Positions 1-13,000 of a stretch of DNA of 64,000 nt are shown one piece after another; the first letter of the stretch is position 1; each line of letters opens with the position of its first letter. Under the pieces are notes generated by a model. The model was not told where the DNA came from. It saw only the letters and a program-made list of their open reading frames with translations, and made no database searches. This DNA comes from Lytechinus pictus. Its lineage: Eukaryota. Both the position numbers and the translations under genes were made by a program. The stretch covers positions 27,592,001-27,656,000 of the forward strand of contig NC_087251.1 of the NCBI RefSeq assembly GCF_037042905.1, read 5' to 3'.

Positions 1-552
1 ATCATTTAACAATTTTGGGGCAGACAAGGAACAGTTATTCATTTTTTTAAACCAGCTTTGGTTAAACATGTAGCAAGGAACTGCAGTGATGATCATTTTG
101 ATCAAATTATCATAATTAATTTAGTCCATTGTACTTCTTTTCTTTTCCAATAACCAATATCTACGTGGATAATCAGATATCTACAGAGTCAACTATTTAG
201 CCTAGTGACATTTAGTTATGGTATGATCAGACACTATAGGCCACACAGTCACGTAACATCTTGGATCTGCCTACATGCGTGTGCTTATAAGAGATTGTCG
301 AGGCGGATGCATTAACTTGGCATTCATCTATACTGCCATTGTTTTGCGATAAGACATGAATGTGTTAGACTAAACAGAGAGATGAACATTTGGTTAGGGC
401 TGCTGACAGACGAAGAGTCAGAATTGTTTGATTTAAACACGCCAAGGAAAGCTCTTTATAGGGGTGATGAGAGAAGGAGATCTCTACTGAGTACTGGAGA
501 AATGTCTAATTAACCCATGGGATGCGCTTTGATTCGATATCCCGATCGGAGA

Positions 553-761
553 GCACGACGTTTTTGGAACCTTAGCGGAAGTTTAGCATTCAAATCATTA
601 GGATGGCGTCTGAAATTCAAACGCCTGACGCTCTTAGAACCTTAGCATAAGTTTAGTATTCAAATTATCAGGATGGCATCTGTCATTCAAAGGCACGACG
701 CTTCCTTGTGGATCCTTGGCATGATCTAAGTATTGAAATTATTCGGTTGGCATCGAAATTC
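553..761. repeat. Diverged tandem repeat, 3 copies of a ~70-bp unit
   Basis: Units start at 553, 623 and 693 (gcacgacg/gcctgacg ... gaaccttagc ... aagtttag.attcaaat.at.aggatggc.tctg..attcaa). The array ends where the element at 763 begins. Confidence 0.85.
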
Positions 762-762
762 G

Positions 763-1942
763 TTTTTGTCTCGCCTGCGTAGCGGAGCGAGACATAGGTA
801 TCACTATTTCCGGCGTCGGCGTCGTCGTCGTCAACAATTGTGTTGTACACCCAATAACTTTCTATAGCTTCGAGGTGGGATCACCAAATTCATACCAGAG
901 GTCCATCTCCTGAAGGCACAGGTCAAGTTCGAATATGAGTCAAATTGGAATAAGGTCAAAGGTCAATGAACTTTCCATGACTGGCACTGTGCTGTGTTGT
1001 ACACATAATAACTTTGTAAACCCAATAACTTTCTATAGCTTCGAGGTGGGATCACCAAATTCATACCAGAGGTCCATCTCCTGAAGGCACAGGTCAAGTT
1101 CGAATATGAGTCAAATTGGAATAAGGTCAAAGGTCAAAGGTCAATGAACTTTCCATGACTGGCACTGTGCTGTGTTGTACACATAATAACTTTCTATATC
1201 TTCGAGGTTGGATCACCAAATTCATACCAGAGGTCCATTTCCTGAAGGCACAGGTCAAGTTCGAATATGAGTCGAATTTGAATAAGGTCAAAGGTCAATG
1301 AACTTTCCATGACTGGCACTGTGATGTGTTGTACACATAATAACTTTCTATATCTTCGAGGTGGGATCACCAAATTCATACCAGATGTCCATCTCCTAAA
1401 GGCACAGGTCAAGTTCGATTATGAGTCGAATTTGAATAAGGTCAAAGGTCAATGAACTTTCCATGACTGGCATTGTGCTGTGTTGTACACACAATAACTT
1501 TGTATAGCTTCGAGGTGAGATCGCCAAATTCATAACAGAGGTCCATCTCTTGAAGGTGCAGGCCAAGTTCAAATGTGAGCCGAATTTGAATAAGGTCAAA
1601 GGTCAATGAACTTTCCATGACTGGCACTGTGCTTTGTTGTACACATAATAACTTTTTATATCTTCGAGGTAGGATTGCCAAATTCAAACAAGAGGTCCAT
1701 CTTTTGAAGGTGCAGGTCAAGTTCGAATGTGAGTTGAATTTGATTAAGGTCAAAGGTCAATGAACTTTCCATGACTGGCACTGCTGTGTTGTACACACAA
1801 TAACTTTCTATAGCTTCGAGGTGGGATCGCCAAACTCGTAACAGAGGTCCATCTAAATCATATAGCATACATGTAGTTTTGACATGCAGTCTCTTCATGA
1901 CTGCAATATGCAGGCGAGACAACGCTTGGCGTTTGCCTTGTT
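763..1942 (+). mobile_element. Non-autonomous Helentron-associated element (DINE-1/HINE type), family A
   Basis: T-run at 763, then sub-terminal IR tgtctcgcctgc (767-778) with a partial inverted copy gcgagaca (787-794). A (GTC)n microsatellite follows at 811-832, then an internal tandem array. The 3' end has IR gcaggcgagaca (1910-1921), hairpin aacgc-ttg-gcgtt (1921-1933) and terminus cttgtt. This order matches the described HINE architecture. Confidence 0.85.
841..1854. repeat. Satellite array inside HINE-A: 154-bp monomer, 6 full copies plus a partial 7th
   Basis: The aataact anchor recurs at 853, 1007, (1024, a 17-bp local duplication), 1185, 1339, 1493, 1647 and 1799. Confidence 0.97.
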
Positions 1943-4500
1943 AAACTTTGTTTTTTTATGATGAAATGGAAGGAAACCAGCTTTCACGAAAAGTGAACAT
2001 AGGGACACTCAATTGCATAACATTAATAACACAAATCTTATATATTCGAATACAAAACGACAAACTTATATCAGTTAACAAGTATCAATTTACTTTTTAA
2101 TGCGATCCTCAACAGCTCAAATTGACAACATTGAATGAAAATATCAAGAGTGTGTTTCCTTCCGTAAGCATCATCTCTTAACACACACCATGCATAATCC
2201 CCTTACTATATACATGGAGAAATATATTTCACTTGTCATTATGGTTCAAGGGGTACAAAGCTCAAAAGAAAATAAGGAATGATAATTATATGATAATAAA
2301 GTAATGCATATTTGTTTTATATTATGGCTAAGAAGAGTCAATACGATCGCTACATCGACCTCTGAATTTATATTTGCCATATTCAAGGGAAAAAACCCAT
2401 CCAATTATCTGTTTCGTTGCACCGTTAACTATTTATTATCCATTTATTCATAACCACATGTGTCGTATTATTTTTTACACTCTTTGCATATACAGACTGA
2501 GAGAAACTTTATCAAACGTAGGATCCATTTTCTCGGACTCGGGGCAATGATTTCACATCTTCATACGATGGTAGTGGGGAGAGAAAGGAGGAACGGTAAG
2601 GAGGAGAATCGGACGAAAAGAAGGCGGAGGAGGAAGAAGGCAAGGTAAGAAGTAAGACAGGTAGAGTGTTTTCAATATTATTTTATACAGATAATTACTA
2701 CCAGGTACACATATTGTGAGAAAAAAATGAGAGAGAGGAAGATGAGAAAGAGTGAATGAGTGAGATGGATAGAGACAGAGAGGGATGGAGATCCAGGAGA
2801 ATAAGTAAAATAACAATTGGTTTGCCGTGTTTTAAATGGTATCAAACAGCAAAAAAAAAAAGAATGGTAACTTATCGTTTATGCTTCATTATCAAAAAAC
2901 CAATGTATAAATAATTTCATGACTCTTTACTGTCCACGGATACACGATGCGTTTTGATAGGGGGTTAGGCGAAGAAAGTTTTGTTCTTATTGAAAAATAA
3001 AGATTGTATACTTCAACCGGATTTCGTTTGATTAAATCTTTCTTTCTTCGGACTTTTTATACCACTTTTCTCTCTTTATTATTTGTTTACTCACTTAAAA
3101 ATTCATCGGCAAGTCGCCCCCAGTCACTTTACGCCACCCAATTCAACAACGGTGGGGGGGGGGGGGGCACTGGCTTAGGGCAAGTGCTAAATTCCCACCC
3201 CCTTCCGATATCTGACACCGGTAGCTTATTAAGTCATTAGATTTAAATGTCAATTTATTTTTTTCCCTCTATTTTCCTTTCATCGCACCTGAAAATGTCG
3301 CGTCAGTTCTTATACATTTTTTTTTTCGCGCATATTTTAAACAAAACATTATATTTAGTATTTCAATTATTTCATGCCTCTCTTTAATGAGATCATTTTT
3401 TTTCAACATAGTGTTATTTAATACAATGCAAACCCTTTAAATTATTTGTTAGTTGGAAAATTACGTCACATGTCATTTAGTGCTATTAAGGAAATGGTAT
3501 TCAAGAAATCGATAGAAACCATGACGCTAATTGGCTGCTCATTACAAACGTTATGCTGCATTGTCATAGAACAAGGTCGTTGGCGGTCAAACTGTTACAC
3601 GAAACCCAAACAAATCAATATCACGTCAGGACCAAAATATATTGCTCAATTTCCCATTTGTAATCATTTTCAGCCCTTTTTTCTCATGTAAAATCTTAAT
3701 GTCTTTTTTCATTTCAATTCGCATAATTTTCTTTCTCAAAACCTTACTTTTTTAAACACTTGCCGTAGAGACATCAATCTGTCGCTCTGTCGAGAAGAGG
3801 GTTTCGAAAGAATTTTGTTCAGAAAGGCTATCACGAGGTACGAATCAAAATGGAACGAGAAGCCAGAGGGCGATTTGCGTGGTGGGCGAAGCGAAGAAGA
3901 ATAAGACGTTATTAACGGCCCATCAAGTGACTAGTATATATTTGGCCTCAGGAAAATTGGTCAAATGGTAATAAATACTACGTCATCAAGATTCGTCAAT
4001 TACTTTAGAGGCTATTTCAAAGAAATAAAACGTTTCTGTCGTTTTTGCCAAGGGACACAGATTTATTGGGGGTGGCTTATTTATCGCTACGTGATTTTTT
4101 CCCGTCGTAATTGAGATAGGTTAATGCGTCATTTACCCTGGACAGAAGAAGGTAGATCGTTCTCTCCATTTTATTTTTTTGTCTCTTTTACAAACAGATC
4201 CCAAAGACAAATTATAGCCATAGTAGCTTTCGTGAAGGAGCAGTTTTCGAGTTTTCGTATAGGACTTGTCCTGAACCCTTGCCTAATTTATAGAATTAAT
4301 GACGATAGTAGATAGTAAATAGTAGATTTAGATATTACGTAGAACATTCAATTTTTGCAATGACATGATAACGAAAATATTCAAAATCATGTATACCAAA
4401 TGTGCAGGATTTAAAGCGAAAGTTTAACCAAAACCGACGTATACCTAAAACGTAAGCCCACGCCCCTCCCTTTGATACACCAAAGCGTACAAACTAGGTG

Positions 4501-4654
4501 CAGTGGAATCGTGGCAGATGAGTTTCAACCCCCTCCACTTTTTTTTTAATAATCGTGTACAAAACATAAAAATTACCAACTCATGACTTCATGAGTGGTC
4601 AACCCCCCTACTTTTGGCTCAGCCCCCACTTTCAAAATCATTCCGCTGCCCCTG
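4501..4654. mobile_element. Degenerate short MITE with C-tract and CAG..CCCCTG ends
   Basis: Ends in ttccgctgcccctg and carries repeated ccccc(c)acttt motifs. The left end is degenerate and there is no clear TSD. Confidence 0.4.
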
Positions 4655-6302
4655 AATGACCATGACCCTTTAGATGTTCTGTTAATTCAACAACATGACT
4701 TCATGAGTATTTTCCTTTAATCAAGGCTAGACTACTTCAAGTTTTGATGGGGGAGAAATGAAAATATTACTAGCTTGTTACTGACGATCTTCGTTTATTT
4801 GCATAAGGTATGTGTTGTCACAAGGCTTGGCCGGTCGCAATTCGCTCTTCGCGTGCTTCAGATCTTCCAACAATCAACGCGAGTCATGTAAGAGCACGTG
4901 ATAGAATGTGAACTTAAGTCAGGTGATCATCATGGGTATCACGCGACGTCATCACATGATTGACAGGATACAAAAATGCCCATGTCATTTGAAGGTCAAT
5001 TATGCAAATGTCTGCAAAGCTATTATGTAAACCATGATTTAAAACCGGCCTTTATATCTAACGAGAAATCCATATTACATAGGACAATCATTCAGAACGT
5101 ACAATAAGGTGTGTAAAGTAACATGTTAATGAGCTCTTTCTTCGTTGAAATTTTAAACTTTTTATTCATCTAAAAGACATTTTAAATACAAAATGAATAA
5201 ATAAAATGTAATCCCAAATATCCGTAGAGATAATTATGTTCTGAACTTAAAAAAGTTGGAATTATTAAATGAAAAATAACTTTTCAGTAATTTTGTAAAA
5301 ATTGATATGAAATCCATAAACCTATAAAATATGAATGGGATAGCATCAACAAATCAATTATTATAATGCTATGTATTTTCATTAAAAAAAACCGTCGTTG
5401 CCATCGCCTGACAGCTCAGCTGACGCCATAACACAATGATAACTCGTCTCTTACAGCGCATGGTATTTTGTCCATTCCGACTCCGAAGCAATTCATATCT
5501 GTTTGGAAAGGGATTTGTAGAAATATTTATATTGCAATTTAGAGAAGTATGATGAAAATATGCTATATGAGTCCTCTCTATAGGCCCGGCTCATATTGGT
5601 GACATTTTGCTCACAGTAACCGAAGAAGCAATACAATTGCAATGTAGCATTATTGGAGAGGATATGTATATGCCTGAGTATGTGTGCGTGGGGGGGGGGG
5701 TGGGGGTTGGTCTAGGGGTTACTATGTGAGTTTGTGTGCAGAAAGTAGCCGTATTCTAAAATAATGACTGTTGCGTGCGTGGTCGTATTTGCACAGCATT
5801 TCCTGTTAACGTAATGTAGTAATGTTGACATCACTTGGAGAATACTTACTTATATCACGCAATAGCAAACACCGAGAGAAGTTTGAACAGAAATGTAACT
5901 CATCATTTTAACAGAATTTCATCGATTTCGATGTACCGCCGCCACAGCGCCATATTTACGTTATTCCTACATCGAATTGATTAGAAATATTAAATGGAAG
6001 CCGTTTCTGAATTTGCTTAATCATTTCGGAATAGACCCATGTTCGTTTAGGATCCACATTTCATGATTCTGTCACTCTTTATATCCTTCATCTCATCACA
6101 ACCCTCTATTATAAAGACTTAGCATGTTATAAGTGGATGGTCATTCTTGGGCTACTTTAAGTTGTCAGACCCAATCTTTCTAATGTTCTCATTACCCCCA
6201 CCCCCCTTCTCCGACTCCCTCTCTCACTGTCTCACCCTCTCTTAATCTCTCTGTGAGGATACATGACAACTTCACATCTTACACAGATAGTGTATATAAC
6301 AC

Positions 6303-6484
6303 CAGGCGGGTGTTTCATAAAGCTGCTCGTAAAGTTACGCACAACTCTACGCACGACTGGAACATGCTCTTAGGTCCTAAATGAATAACATAGGGATGTA
6401 TCACCTATATAGCACAAGAAGGGGTTACCAGTTGTGCGTTAGGTCATTCGTATCTTACGAACATCTTTATGAAACACCCCCCTG
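6303..6484. mobile_element. MITE, PIF/Harbinger-like
   Basis: Imperfect TIR of about 30 bp: caggcgggtgtttcataaagctgctcgtaa / ttacgaacatctttatgaaacacccccctg, with CWG at both ends. The superfamily call is inference. Confidence 0.75.
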
Positions 6485-6909
6485 AATTGGCAAGAAAGTC
6501 ATGGACTACATAACTTTATCCCCTCTTTCTGCCTGTCTCTTATCCCACTTTTTTTTTCTTTCTTTCTCCATTATCACCATATTCCCACACTACCCTCTGT
6601 CTTACTCTGTATCTACCTTCCATTTCGACCCCCTCCACTTCTCCTCCTACAACCATTCCCTCTCCATTCATCGCTTCTGAATATACCCCCCATCCCATGT
6701 ATCATCTCTTTTCACAATAAGCGGGTCGATTCTTCTTTTGAACATACCCTGTAAAGGTTCGCCTACACTCGGCATTGATATCAAACCCCTTTCAGTCTCT
6801 TTATGTTTTTTTTTTCGATGCCTGGTATTTCAGCTACGCCTTTTTGTCCTTGGAATTTCCCCGGAGACGCATAAGAAGCACCTTTTATTTTTAGCATCGG
6901 CATTCAGTA

Positions 6910-7110
6910 CACTCTAAAAAAGGTTTACACAATATTGGGTTAATTGGGAACATGCATGCTGGTTGGGTAAAAAGATACCCAATATTTGGTTAATTTTACG
7001 CAATGTTGTGTTGAAATAGCCCAATATGGGGTGAAAAAATACCCAGCAAACATGCATGTTCCCTTTTTACTCAATATTGGGTAGAATTTTACTCAGTGTT
7101 TTTTAGAGTG
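6910..7110. mobile_element. MITE with CACTCTAAAAA TIRs flanked by TA
   Basis: ta|cactctaaaaaa ... ttttttagagtg|ta, with internal inverted gggaacatgcatg / catgcatgttccc and repeated cccaatattggg-like motifs. Confidence 0.88.
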
Positions 7111-7648
7111 TAGTATCGATATTCCGCGCTCTTAGTCAATGACGGGAAAAATGTGATCTGAATATGCTGTAAGATGGATGTACCTTCTATGACGAAATCT
7201 ATCGAAAACACATATTGCCGGTGTTCTATCGAAAATATATATTTTAACGTTCACCCCTTTAACATGTCTTGTTAGAATCTAAACAGGTTTCGTACTTCAA
7301 ACATGGAGATCAAACGATTATTGAGCGTAATTGAAATCGGCCTTATCAAAGATGGAACATTGAATTATTTCGAATATAAGCCTTTCTTATTTGATGTTGT
7401 TTTTTAAAATCTAATTCTACCTTAATTTCATCAACTTCATTTGAATGAATTTATGTTTCGAGAGATGTTAACCTTATCAAAATGCAATTGATTCTAGAAA
7501 TCATCGCGTTGAAATTATACTATAATGGAATTTTGTGCTTCTGCTCATGTTTTGATTCAAGACTGTAAGTTTAATGATAAACTTTGTAATACATGGAAGG
7601 AAAATTAAACCTTTTTTGTATCACTGTTTGTCACTATCACTATTTTTA

Positions 7649-7888
7649 CACTGTATATAAACTATGGTGTTAAAACTGACACCAGTTGGTGTTAATAGGG
7701 GCCCACACCCTGAGGTATTAAAATTACACCCTAGAGATTGGACATAACGCCGAAGAGTGTAAATGTAACTACAAAATGTGTTGTAATAACACCTGTAGTG
7801 TTAAACTAACACTGGCAATATAACACCGGTGTAAAATAACTGATGTGGTCCTCTATGTACACCGGTTAACACGACAGTTTTTGCTGTG
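7649..7888. mobile_element. MITE with CAC..GTG ends flanked by TA
   Basis: ta|cactgtat ... gtttttgctgtg|ta, with internal repeated ggtgtt/aacacc motifs in both orientations. Confidence 0.7.
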
Positions 7889-9742
7889 TATATATATACG
7901 CCTTCTTCCATATATACATAATTTACATAATGTATTTTACATTCGTGGTTTTTGTACTACATTCATGATATTATTGATTTGTATATTCTCTATAAAAATG
8001 GATGAAATGTCAATCGGAATAAAACAAATGTTTAATTAAGTTGAATTGAATCACGGAAAGTTTAAATTATGTTTTCCGTCTTCCTCTTTTGGGACTGATA
8101 TGATTTTCTTTGGGGCCTATTTTAAGGGTAAGAAAAGGATTATCCGCATTCTGCAAAGACATATACAATATATCATGAAGAGAGAGGGAGAGAGAGAGAG
8201 AGGGGGATGAGAAATGGAGAGAGAGAAAGAGAGAAAGAGGGTGAGAGAAACTCTACTCTACTAGTGATAAGAGGCGCCGTGAGAATCGACCGGTTTGTGG
8301 TGTAAACCAGTTGTATTTAGTTGTTGGTGATGAAAACGCCGGAAGAGTTTGGTCTAGAGCAGACGACGTGTCTGTTCCGATGATTCTATGAATTCACACG
8401 TCTTGCATGCAAATTAGTCACATTCCCATTCATACAAGAATGAATGAAAACCGAGTCTGTGAATATTATTTTGGGGAGAAATAATACGTGTCGCTCACAA
8501 TAACTGGGAAAATCTTAGATTAACAGCGACAGTAGTGCAATAATTGTATTACTTACTGTCAAATTTTGTAGTTCGATAACCAGTAATCTTTCTCCTCTCA
8601 GTGATTTCAATAATAGATTACGCAAATGTACCTACAATACGAAATAGACAGGAACTCCATTCGATAAAAATGATAGAAATGTGGCCATATTTGTAACTGA
8701 AATTTGAAGAAAATGATCTTCGAATTGCAACACTGGTCAGTCATTATTTTATCATAGAAATGTTGTTGCATACCGTTTGTAGCAGTATCTTTGTATGAAA
8801 TTTCACCACATTATAATGTAAATCGTTTAATTCTCATACATCAATATATTCTAGGATTGAATCTTTTTAAGCAGGCCATTGGTGAAATGAACATTATAAA
8901 TCGCTAAAAGAACTCATCGTGTATCTATTTCAAAAGAGTATACATCATTAAAGTTACCCCGAACTGTAATTGCCAGAGGGAGGGCATTATTTTGTAGGCC
9001 TTCAAAGTGGTGCGTCAAGAAAACTGAGATTTAAGTACCAAGAATTCTCCTTTGTGGCACCAGTCTTCTATTTACTATCCCGGTGTAAAGAAGATCGTAT
9101 TCTTTATCTAGAATTTCTAAGATAAAAGCTGGCAAAGTAAACATTCTTTAACTCCAATCTCACGCAGGCCTGCTCTATTGGGAGACCCTACCCCAGACAG
9201 GCTACATTCATCCACACTCCAAAGAACTTCCAAAATGCAGGGATACAAAATGCACAGGAAACGCCTCTAGGCAGATTGGGGCACCCGACATCATAGCCGA
9301 AAGATTAATTGAAACCAACTTGGTTTCTCGAATGAAGATTGGAAAGTGTGAGAGGAGGATAAGAAACAGAGTACACCGGAAGTAGACGGAGGATAATGTG
9401 TCTAGTTTTTAAGACTTGGTTCCTCAAAGAAAGTGTGAAAGAAAGTGTCAAGTCGAGAACATGATATTGAACATCAATTTTAACAAAACATTGTCTTGTT
9501 TATGTATTCAACTTTCACAAATGTATGTTCTTTTTATTTCACATGATCTCTACGCATGTTTCTAACATTTTGTTTGAAAAATTAAATTGTATCATTTAGA
9601 CAGGAGCAGCGTCAGGGTATTTGGACGATGTGTCCAAGCACTCTATTTCATTATTCGAAATCCTTTTATCTTCTTCCTCCTTTTTTCTACTTGTGTGTTT
9701 TTATAATTGAAAAAAATCATAAGGGCGGTCGCAGTTCACACT

Positions 9743-10046
9743 CATGACCCTGGGAAATGGGGGAGCTGGGGGTGCTGAAGCACCGCCTAAAATTTCTTTT
9801 GGGTGCTGCGTGTATTATCCTCCGTAGGCAGCACCCCCAGGTATCCTGGAAGATGTGTACAAATTGAAAAATGTAACCATTATGGCTTTCGTTTTGTAGT
9901 GAAACCTCTCCCCTTGTTTCTTTGCTTTTCAAATTTGTCGGGACCAATTTGATCTCCATTTTGTAGTCAAAACCTTCTTCTTTTTTTTTTTGCTTTTGAA
10001 ATTTACATCAGCACCCCCAGTAAAAAAAATCGTTCCCAGGGCCCTG
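9743..10046. mobile_element. hAT-like MITE
   Basis: TIR catgaccctgggaa / ttcccagggccctg (12/14 match). Degenerate 8-bp flanking repeat ttcacact / ttcacccg. Internal gggggtgctg / cagcaccccc motifs. Confidence 0.7.
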
Positions 10047-13000
10047 TTCACCCGCCCTCTTCGTTGGCATCTCGAGTCTTGAGCGTGTGTATCTGCTGTC
10101 TATGACAAAGGATGTCAGTCACTCAGTATATGCTTCTCTTTATAAAGTAATCCGCGAGAAAGAAATAAGAGTGCTGAACTATCTATCTATTTCATGTTCT
10201 CACACTTTGTATTTCATATCCTTTATTGCCTTTGTTATAAATTTAGTATATGAATTTGTTTATATCCTTGAAACTCATTACAATATTCAACAAAATGATA
10301 TAAAAAGGAGAGACAATAAACGGTCTATAATATGATCCAAAATTTGTATTAATGCGGAAATTAGGACAGATTGCATGAAAGTGGATATTATGAGGAATGC
10401 ACCGTAAAACTTGGATAAGTTTTATAAGGCGGGTCAATATGAAGAAGTATACCTGTCGGCAAATAGATAAATCAAGGAAGAAATTGAACAACATCAAACA
10501 CCAAGGAATCAAAGAGAGTTAAAAGAGGAGTAATGAAAATGTGAATAGAAGGCAAAACTTGGGGTGGTATGATTCCGACGAAAAACGCACGCCAAGCTGT
10601 CTGCGATCTGAGATATCCTTTGGTGTTTATGCGCCAAATTCATGACCCGCGGAATCAAAATTCCTAAGCATGAGCAAGATTGCAAGAAATATGTCATGTG
10701 GAAGAAAGACAAGGGCCAAGGGCTAGCTTGGCCCAGATTTCATTAATACCCCTATACGACATGTGTCTCCATTTTACATAAACCCCTGTTTAAATGTTTT
10801 AGCCTTTCCCCATCATGCTCTAATATTTGTGATATGTCAACCTAGTTATGATTAAAACGCCACGCGGTAACAATAGTAGCCTTCCCCAGCATTATGATTA
10901 TAACTTTATTAATTTCAATCTTCTCTCAAATTCATGGCATGCAATTTTATCCAGGAATATGTGATTTTCTGGGAAGATATTTTGCTTCCATTTCGTGAAG
11001 ATCTTGATCATTATGTTGAGGAAATACATTTTTGTTCTAAATTGTATACTATAGTATTCTGGTACCGAAGTAAGTCGGTCTAAATTTACCCCTTTCCCTC
11101 CTCTAGCACTTCAGCAATTTATTTCATTCTTCATAATCATGAGCAACATTCTTAACAATTCCTAGCAATTGATTTGATTCTTTACAAAGAGGACACCCCC
11201 AGCAAATCCAATGAAAATATCAAATATCGACCACATCTTGTGCATGTCAGTCATAATTTATGAGACTAATATTTTTGATGTGTTGCAAAGACTAATCGCG
11301 TGTAAATATTATTTATCAGGTTTATAATTGAACTCCCCCTAATCACATTGTTACCAAATGGCGTTTACGTCATAAGTCTGATTTGATGGGGTATGATTAA
11401 TCGGTTCCCATGGTAACGATAATATTTGGAGATTCCGGGAACGACAACATTTTCGCCATGACAATTAATAAACCAGAATAGCTGAGTATACCTTAAGGAA
11501 TTTACCTTAAGGAGGAAAGAAAATGAAATCTGTCCCCATAATGGTTTCTACCAAATATTGCTTGAAAATAACTTCATATCTTCTAAAGATTGAAGAAATG
11601 AAGTAAAAAAAACAAGAAAGAAAAAAAGGCAGCGGTAAAATTACGAGTACTCTTAGCCAATGCCAACCTTCTGTTTTGAAAGCTGCAAAGTTGCATTAAA
11701 AAAAGCAAGATGCAATCAGTGTGGCATTGAGTCGCGCCTCCTATGGTGCAAAATTGCACCTCTTTTCCCTATATAGAGTGTAGAGTCTTTGTCGCAAATA
11801 GACCATGAAGCCCACCTTGACCTCTCAAGATTTGCAAGATATATTTTTTTGAGCTTTTTTTTTTGGGGGGGGTTGTATAAGTTTATAAATATACATATCA
11901 TAATGATGGAGTTTACCTCTTCCCCTTAACTCTTTTTTTTTTTGGGAATGTCACTTTCCCATTATGACAGATAGTTTTAAATATCACTGTTGTAAAAGAT
12001 TTTCTGTTTGAATAGAAAAGGTCAGATTGCGTGTTCATCATATAAATACTAAGTTATGGTAATCCATTCATTTTAAAAGTGATAGGAGAAGGAAAGAAGG
12101 GCGATTAAAAAAAGTATTGAAAAGAAAGGAAGAGGGGGAAGGAACTGTGAAAAAAAATAGAAACTGTAATAGAACATGTAGAAAGGACGTCATTTTCCTT
12201 GATGTCATGGTATCATATCTCTAAGATAAGGTTTCCATGAAAAGTTACAATTAATGGCAAAGCGAAAATCGATGGTAATGCTTTATCCAACCGGGTCCTG
12301 GACTTAGACAATTTATGGAAAGAGAAAGAAGGATATTTATTTTATGTGTGAACATTTGGAATAACTAAAACAGTGGATAAAACACATTGATATGCAGATA
12401 AAATGTGTGATGAATAAAAAAATGAGAGATGTAGAGGTGGAGAGAGGTGAAGAGGAGGGAAGGATGGAAAGATAGAAAGAGTGGAATGCACACGGCGCTT
12501 ATAATGTACTCCCAGTAGCGTGACAAGAGTTAGACGTGAAGAAGGTGAATGCCCTCTGGAAAATAACCAAACCATCTTGACCTCCTTGCCTTGTCCTGGG
12601 CAATGATGCCATAGATACCGGTAGCCATAGCCACCTAGGATGTTGATCAATCTCAGTTATGTTAAGAGGCGGGACCAGGTTCTCGTGAAAAGGGGACCGT
12701 TGGGATTCTCATTCATCCCCACAAGCAAGCAAAAGGAAAAGAATGAGAGGAGAAAGAAGAGAGATGCCTTTCTGATGACTATTTTCTTTTAAAGGAATAC
12801 GTTTCCCATTTTCTTCACAGGGTGGGATAGCGGGTGGGGGGATGCTGTGGGCCAATTTGAAGAAAATGAAATATTTTCAGAATTCTTGCTTTCAGAGGGA
12901 ATGATTTTGTTTTATGCAAAAAAAATATAACAAGAGAATATCAAGATGTAGGAGGGGTGCTTGAAAAGGGCCCTTTCGTACAATCATTAATTTTATTTGC

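Noticed and set aside
841..1922. Repeating minus-strand ORFs (1194-1922) and a CRISPR-like periodic look
   Set aside because: Whole monomers repeat, with no unique spacers and no cas genes. The 154-bp period is not a multiple of 3, and the ORFs are by-products of the satellite.
11487..11512. Doubled taccttaagga palindrome as a TTAA-element footprint
   Set aside because: Too short to distinguish from a slippage duplication.
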